From positions 1-64,000 of the forward strand of contig CAXXHG010000008.1 of assembly GCA_963666315.2 (NCBI GenBank): DNA of 64,000 bases, given 5' to 3'. A model generated the notes under the pieces. The model searched no databases and was not told the origin of the DNA. It was given only the letters and a program-made list of their open reading frames with translations. This document shows positions 57,288-64,000 of this stretch, in pieces. The stretch comes from Candidatus Binatia bacterium (lineage in GTDB: Bacteria > Desulfobacterota > Binatia > Bin18). The position numbers and the translations under genes were made by a program. Numbering within the stretch: position 1 is the first letter of the stretch; the number at the start of each line of letters is the position of its first letter.

Positions 57288-57959
57288 ATGGCAGAAGCTG
57301 AGCTCTTTGGCATTATGTTCTCAACCCGGAGCATGCGGCGACTCAAAACCGATCCTGTACCGGATGACGTCATCTATAAAATTCTGGACGCGGGGATACG
57401 CGCCCCGAGTGGCGGAAACACCCAACACTGGCGTTTTATGGTGGTGAAAGACGTTGAGGTCAAGTGTAAAGTTCAGCAGGTTTACCAAAAGGGTTGGGAA
57501 GAGGCGCGGACTATATACCAAGGGCGGTCTGGGCCATCCCATATGGCGGAGGGCAAGTTTCAACGCCTCTTGGATGCCGCGAGTTATCTGGCCGATAACC
57601 TGGCTGAAGTGCCGGTCCTGATTTTTGCTTGTCTGAAGGCGCGGCCTATGCCGCCGGGCGATGCCGGTGCCCAGTTGGCTACCAAGCTGGCACGTCTGTC
57701 TGGGTCGAGTATTTATCCTGCCGTCCAAAATATGTTGTTGACCTGCCGTGCTCTCGGACTCGGAGCCACACTGACAACCGTGTGTTCACTGTACGAAGAC
57801 GAACTCCGGCCCATTCTTAACCTCCCGGACGATATGAGTACGTATGCACTGATACCCGTTGGCTATCCGATGGGGAAATTCGGACCGGTTCGTCGTGAGG
57901 CGGTGGAAGAGGTCACGTGTGTTGATCAATGGGGGAGGCCGCTGAGACGGCCGGCGTAG
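57288..57959 (+). CDS. Nitroreductase family protein
   Basis: TRSMRRLK.DPVP, APSGGNTQ.W, SIYPAVQNMLL.CRALGLG and IPVGYP motifs. Confidence 0.93.
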   Translation: MAEAELFGIMFSTRSMRRLKTDPVPDDVIYKILDAGIRAPSGGNTQHWRFMVVKDVEVKCKVQQVYQKGWEEARTIYQGRSGPSHMAEGKFQRLLDAASYLADNLAEVPVLIFACLKARPMPPGDAGAQLATKLARLSGSSIYPAVQNMLLTCRALGLGATLTTVCSLYEDELRPILNLPDDMSTYALIPVGYPMGKFGPVRREAVEEVTCVDQWGRPLRRPA

Positions 57960-57962
57960 TGG

Positions 57963-57989
57963 GTAGGGGCGAGGTCACCTCGCCCCTAC
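57963..57989. repeat. Perfect GTAG-REP palindrome between convergent genes
   Basis: GTAGGGGCGAGGT-C-ACCTCGCCCCTAC; supplies the TAG stop of the selenoprotein gene. Confidence 0.85.
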
Positions 57990-58345
57990 CTCAAGATCTC
58001 GCTATACACGTCGGGATGGAAACCCACGACGAACGTCTTCCCCTTCCGGAGCGCCGGTGCGCGTAGATTCCCCGAGGGGCCGAGAATTGCTGAAAAAAGA
58101 TCGTCTGTGATCGCTGAATCCTTTTCAGTCGAGAAACGCAGGACTTTTTTCCCTTTGACGGCAATAACGTGTGAGACGGTTTGGATGAGCTGCAGGGCAG
58201 CGTCACGATCAAACTGCTCTTTGCGTGCGTTGACTACGGTGTTGACCGGGCAATCTATTTGCGCAAGAAACTCTTGCGCTTTTTTACATGTCACTCAGCT
58301 CGGTCGGTGATAATACCAGTCTACTGCCGTTGTCCCTTTTGCCAT
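57986..58345 (-). CDS. ArsC/Spx-like thioredoxin-fold selenoprotein (UxxC), 119 aa
   Basis: AGGAG RBS and ATG at 58345; MAKGTTAVDWYYHRPS-U(TGA 58295-58297)-VTCKKAQEFL...LGPSGNLRAP.LR.GK...VGF. Confidence 0.88.
58261..58279 (-). promoter_or_regulatory. Bacterial SECIS element
   Basis: Hairpin GCGCAAGA-GTT-TCTTGCGC; stem begins 15 nt after the UGA; the loop starts with G. Confidence 0.75.
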
Positions 58346-58353
58346 TGCCGCTC

Positions 58354-58851
58354 CTATCTGTGTGCGTGTGTGTGGTAAAATTTTGTAATCACCCATTCAT
58401 ACCCGTCAATGAGGGCCAGCCAGGCTGATTCTAATAGATCGCGCGACTGACGCATGGTACTCCACTGCCGCTGACCATCGCTAAATTTCATAATAGACAC
58501 GACCTCAGCCGCAGTCCCCGTTCCCCCGCGATGGGTATACAGTTCGACGAGTTCCACCCCCTCAACAAAAGGGAAGTGTTTCACCAGCACTTGCCGCAAG
58601 GCTAAGTCGAGGGCATTCACCCCGCCGACACCTTGAGCGGCGCCGAAGTCGGTTTGACCGTTGATCTCGACCAGAACGACTGCGTCGATGGCGCTTTGTC
58701 CATTCCACACTTCATCGATGACGCGCCAGCGGACAATCCCAAAAGGGGGAATATGCTGAGGATCTTTGCGCCACTTTTCGACTTCTCGTGAGGCCTGCGG
58801 AATGGTTGCCTCTTCGAAAAACTCTGTATCGTGTTCCGGTTGCTGCGACAT
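58354..58851 (-). CDS. Stand-alone LeuA/CimA allosteric (regulatory dimerisation) domain protein
   Basis: A.V.VEING....AA.G.G.VNALDLALRQVL...FP, GTAA.V, SDG.RQWST and S.DLLESAWLALIDGYEW; no catalytic TIM barrel. Confidence 0.82.
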   Translation of the reverse strand: MSQQPEHDTEFFEEATIPQASREVEKWRKDPQHIPPFGIVRWRVIDEVWNGQSAIDAVVLVEINGQTDFGAAQGVGGVNALDLALRQVLVKHFPFVEGVELVELYTHRGGTGTAAEVVSIMKFSDGQRQWSTMRQSRDLLESAWLALIDGYEWVITKFYHTHAHR

Positions 58852-59026
58852 AGTTGCTCCGCTACCGCCTCATATCTGCACTACCCGCCGGGCGGGCCTG
58901 TCCTGTATGCGTCTTATTCTCCATGGCCCACTATATAGAAAAGGAATATCTATGCTGTTCTACTCACAGGAAACAGGGGGGGCAGGAACTGAAGATAGAA
59001 CTGGGGATGTATACGAGAAGAAATAT

Positions 59027-59239
59027 TCATGTTTTTGCTACTGTTCCCCAGTGCACGTCCCAGAAGTCCGGGAGCGGCGCTGCCAGCTCAAAATGTCCCC
59101 CAAAACACTGGAAACTGGGCTGGTGTGAGAGCCGTTCTTTGAGGTAATGTAAATGGTCTTCGAGGTTCCCGTTCTCTGGCGTGCCGATGTCCACGAGCTT
59201 GCGCTGCCCACATTTCTTACAACTCACATCAACGTGCAT
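59027..59239 (-). CDS. Small putative Zn-binding protein (CxxC...CxxxH)
   Basis: MHVDVSCKKCGQRKLVDIG...FQCFGGHFEL...; 70 aa; divergent from the ferredoxin. Confidence 0.6.
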   Translation of the reverse strand: MHVDVSCKKCGQRKLVDIGTPENGNLEDHLHYLKERLSHQPSFQCFGGHFELAAPLPDFWDVHWGTVAKT

Positions 59240-59313
59240 ACCTACCCCTGGATTTGTGTGGCCGGACCGGATAAATATCTGCCTAGCATGAAGGCGAAGG
59301 AGGCTGCAAGCGC

Positions 59314-59700
59314 ATGCCGTTAGTGACATTCATTAAGCAAGATTTGACAATAGAGGTCCCAAAAGGTGCAAACCTGCGTGAGATCGCACTCGAAAATAAA
59401 ATTGAACTGTATCCGCTCTTTGGTCCTGACCCTTTCACGGGCATGCCGTTCCCTGCAAAGCTGCTCAACTGCCGGGGAAATGGCTTCTGCGGGACGTGTC
59501 GGATTAAAGTGAACGATCATCGCGCGCTCTCTCCTCCCACGCGTAAAGAGGAGAAAAAGGTCGCCTGGGAGGGGAAAGTCTACCGTTTGGCATGCCAGAC
59601 TCAGGTTCTTGATGATGTGGAGGTTGAGACCAATCCGCGTAGGCTCTCCTCGGGCTGGATGAACCACGCGACGTATGAAGGCATGAAAGAGATTTCCTAG
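59314..59700 (+). CDS. 2Fe-2S ferredoxin
   Basis: GANLRE, NCRGNGFCGTC and RLACQ motifs. Confidence 0.92.
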   Translation: MPLVTFIKQDLTIEVPKGANLREIALENKIELYPLFGPDPFTGMPFPAKLLNCRGNGFCGTCRIKVNDHRALSPPTRKEEKKVAWEGKVYRLACQTQVLDDVEVETNPRRLSSGWMNHATYEGMKEIS

Positions 59701-59803
59701 ATGTCGCCTGGTCCTCGTTACGTTCACCTTGTTTTTAGACGATGCTGAGACGGCGCAGCCTGGAAATGGAGTCGATCGATAGACTGCATGAAGAATGCCG
59801 TAC

Positions 59804-59819
59804 CCACAATATATTGTGT
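59804..59819. promoter_or_regulatory. NrdR box-like palindrome upstream of guaB
   Basis: CCACAATATATTGTGT, with a perfect 14-bp palindrome core. Confidence 0.6.
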
Positions 59820-59858
59820 TCCGCAACACGGCTTGCCAAAGGGATAGCGGTTTGATAG

Positions 59859-61436
<1,578 letters not shown>

Positions 61437-61463
61437 AGGTGTTGCACCTCTGCAGGCAACACT

Positions 61464-62993
61464 ATGATTCTCATTCTTGATTTCGGCAGTCAGTACACCC
61501 AACTCATCGCCAGGCGCATTCGTGAAGCACACGTCTACAGCGAAATCCATCCGTATAATATCCCGCTTGAGCGCATTCAGGAGATAAACCCTGAGGGTAT
61601 CATTTTGTCCGGTGGACCGGCCAGCGTGTATGATGCGGGAGCGCCCGTTGTCGATGCTCCAGTGCTCGACGTACCTGTCCCGTTTCTCGGCATCTGTTAT
61701 GGGATGAATGTCCTGCATCAGCTTGCCGGTGGACATATCGCTCAAGCGGACCGGCGTGAGTTTGGTCCGGCCCAGCTTATTGTCGACGACACTGCCGACT
61801 TGTTCGCTGGTTTCTCGCCTGACTCGTCGAGCCAGGTCTGGATGAGCCACGGCGATAAAATGGAATCACTGCCGAGCGGTTGGAAAACGCTGGCGCATTC
61901 GGATAACTCACCTATCGCTGCCTGTCGAGATGATTCCGGCCGCTTCTTTGGCGTCCAGTTCCATCCTGAGGTCGTGCATACCGAATGTGGCAAAGAGGTC
62001 TTACAAAATTTTCTTTTTCAGATTTGCGACTGCGCTCCTGATTGGACCATGGCCGGGTTTGTCGAACGTGAAATACAACGCATCCGAGACCGCGTCGGAG
62101 ATCGGCGGGTGGTGTGTGGACTGAGTGGCGGGATAGACTCTGCGGTTGTTGCGATGCTGGTTCACAAGGCCATAGCGGATCGGCTCACCTGTATCTTTGT
62201 CGATAACGGCCTGCTACGCCGGGGTGAGGCTGAGGATGTCGTGCGCGTCTTTTCCCAGCTTGGGCTGAACCTGCGTCCGGTGAATGCGGCACAGCGCTTT
62301 CTGGCTCGACTGGAAGGGATAGACGACCCAGAGCAGAAGCGTCGCATTATTGGCCATACGTTTATCGAGGTGTTTGAAGAAGAGGCGCGAACGCTGCCAA
62401 ATGTAGAATATCTTGCCCAAGGCACCCTCTATCCTGATGTGATAGAATCGGCATCTTTCAAAGGACCGGCGGCAACGATTAAGAGCCATCACAACGTCGG
62501 CGGCCTACCGGAACAGATGCGCCTAGCCTTGATCGAACCGCTCCGAGAACTCTTTAAAGATGAAGTTCGCGTTTTAGGCCGTCTGCTTGGCCTGACTAAC
62601 GAAATTGTCGGTCGTCAGCCGTTCCCGGGCCCTGGGCTGGCGATACGCATTATTGGCCCTGTTCAGGCTGAGTTACTTGGTTTGCTGCGTGCGTCAGATG
62701 CCATTGTAGACGAAGAAATTCGTGCTGCAGGCTATTATGATCGTGTGTGGCAGGCTTTTGCCGTTTTACTACCCATAAAAACTGTGGGTGTCATGGGCGA
62801 TGCCCGGACGTATGAATACGTCATTGCCATCCGGGCCGTAGAGAGCGTAGACGGCATGACTGCAGACTGGGCGCGCCTGCCCGGAGATCTCTTAGGCCGA
62901 ATCTCGAATCGGATTATTAACGAAGTGCGCGGTATTAACCGCGTTGTATACGACATCTCTTCAAAACCACCGGCAACTATTGAATGGGAATAA
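61464..62993 (+). CDS. guaA: GMP synthase (glutamine-hydrolysing)
   Basis: [40 protein letters not shown] and KPPATIEWE motifs. Confidence 0.97.
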   Translation: MILILDFGSQYTQLIARRIREAHVYSEIHPYNIPLERIQEINPEGIILSGGPASVYDAGAPVVDAPVLDVPVPFLGICYGMNVLHQLAGGHIAQADRREFGPAQLIVDDTADLFAGFSPDSSSQVWMSHGDKMESLPSGWKTLAHSDNSPIAACRDDSGRFFGVQFHPEVVHTECGKEVLQNFLFQICDCAPDWTMAGFVEREIQRIRDRVGDRRVVCGLSGGIDSAVVAMLVHKAIADRLTCIFVDNGLLRRGEAEDVVRVFSQLGLNLRPVNAAQRFLARLEGIDDPEQKRRIIGHTFIEVFEEEARTLPNVEYLAQGTLYPDVIESASFKGPAATIKSHHNVGGLPEQMRLALIEPLRELFKDEVRVLGRLLGLTNEIVGRQPFPGPGLAIRIIGPVQAELLGLLRASDAIVDEEIRAAGYYDRVWQAFAVLLPIKTVGVMGDARTYEYVIAIRAVESVDGMTADWARLPGDLLGRISNRIINEVRGINRVVYDISSKPPATIEWE

Positions 62994-63025
62994 TTCGCGA
63001 ATGGGAATGAGGGGAGGCTGAGACG

Positions 63026-64000
63026 ATGGGGTTTGCACATCTCCACCTGCATACGCAATACAGCCTGCTTGACGGGGCGAATAAGGTGTCTAACCTCATG
63101 CCGCGTATTGCAGAATACGGCATGTCGGCGGTGGCTATGACCGACCACGGCAATATGTTTGGGACGATTGATTTTTACCGTACGGCTGCCAGCCATGGGG
63201 TGAAACCGATCATCGGCTGCGAGGTGTATGTTGCGCCGAAGAGCCGCTTCGATAAGCAACCTCGGGGCGCAGACGACCTTGAGCACGGCGGGAATTTTCA
63301 TCTCATTCTATTAGCCATGAATCTGGCTGGCTATCGGAATCTGTGTCGTCTGGTTACTGCTGGATTTACCGAAGGATTCTACCGTAAACCGCGTGTTGAT
63401 CGAGAGCTGCTGCGTGAGCTGAACGGCGGTATTATTGCCCTATCGGGCTGCCTGAGCGGGGAATTGGCCAAAGCCATGCTGCGCGATGACGGCAAGCGTG
63501 CGCGTGCGGCCGCTCAAGAGTACGCCTCCATCTTTAACGAACGCTTTTATATCGAGATCCAAGCCAACCATTTACCCGAACAAGAAAAAATTAACCCGGC
63601 GCTTATTGAACTCGCTCGCGAACTGTCGCTGCCCTTAGTGGCCACAAATGACTGTCACTACTTAAAAGCCGAAGATTCCGAGGCGCATGAGGTTTTGCTG
63701 TGTGTCCAAAGCGCTAAGGTCATGTCGGATGAAAACCGCTGGCGCTTTGGTACCGATCAGCTGTACGTTAAAACACCCGAGGAAATGGAAGCGGAGTTCT
63801 CCCACTGCCCGGACGCTGTGGCGAATACGCTCGACGTGGCGAATCGGTGCAATCTGGAGTTGTCCTTCGGGAACTTCCATTTCCCTGTTTTTGTTACCCC
63901 GCAAGGCGAAACGCTTGAAGAGTGCTTAGAGAAAAATGCGCGCGAGGGGCTTGAAGAACGCCTCAAACCGCTGCGTGCCAACGAGAAAGATTGGGACGCA
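63026..64000 (+). CDS. dnaE: DNA polymerase III alpha subunit, 5' part; runs off the window
   Basis: Manual translation MGFAHLHLHTQYSLLDGA...AMTDHGNMFG...KPIIGCEVY...HLILLA...KPRVD...SGCLSGE...ATNDCHY. Confidence 0.96.
   Translation, partial: MGFAHLHLHTQYSLLDGANKVSNLMPRIAEYGMSAVAMTDHGNMFGTIDFYRTAASHGVKPIIGCEVYVAPKSRFDKQPRGADDLEHGGNFHLILLAMNLAGYRNLCRLVTAGFTEGFYRKPRVDRELLRELNGGIIALSGCLSGELAKAMLRDDGKRARAAAQEYASIFNERFYIEIQANHLPEQEKINPALIELARELSLPLVATNDCHYLKAEDSEAHEVLLCVQSAKVMSDENRWRFGTDQLYVKTPEEMEAEFSHCPDAVANTLDVANRCNLELSFGNFHFPVFVTPQGETLEECLEKNAREGLEERLKPLRANEKDWDA

Overview
A GC-rich bacterial chromosome segment. Gene content and order resemble deltaproteobacteria or Binatia, which is an inference. 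It has an intact housekeeping backbone: ispH, frmA, HtrA/DegP, rne/rng with a TIGR03960-type radical SAM, smc-ftsY-zapB-zapA-(6S RNA)-rny-tyrS-era, metF, sufT and guaB-guaA-dnaE. It also carries many CoA-ester, aromatic and steroid-type catabolic genes. Three accessory zones are decaying. The first (12.6-14.2 kb) holds a tyrosine integrase relic and stop-interrupted ORFs. The second (20.1-27.3 kb) holds a collapsed amidohydrolase, a broken response regulator, nested IS remnants, a five-gene minor-pilin cluster with a lesion in every gene, and a frameshifted GxxExxY gene. The third (51.4-55.4 kb) holds gene fragments, a HigBA-like toxin-antitoxin module with a frameshifted toxin bracketed by inverted GTAG-REPs, and a hotspot of several REP families. 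The ORF track misses several signals: (1) an ArsC/Spx-like selenoprotein (UxxC, in-frame TGA plus a SECIS hairpin) coupled to a stand-alone LeuA/CimA allosteric-domain gene; (2) a ~30-bp CCTGAGC-N4-TCGAAGG repeat sitting inside two unrelated coding sequences; (3) NrdR-like boxes upstream of guaBA-dnaE and smc; (4) a terminator in the guaB leader; (5) many short tandem duplications. No tRNA, rRNA or CRISPR array was seen. All family calls come from motif recognition by eye; no database searches were run.
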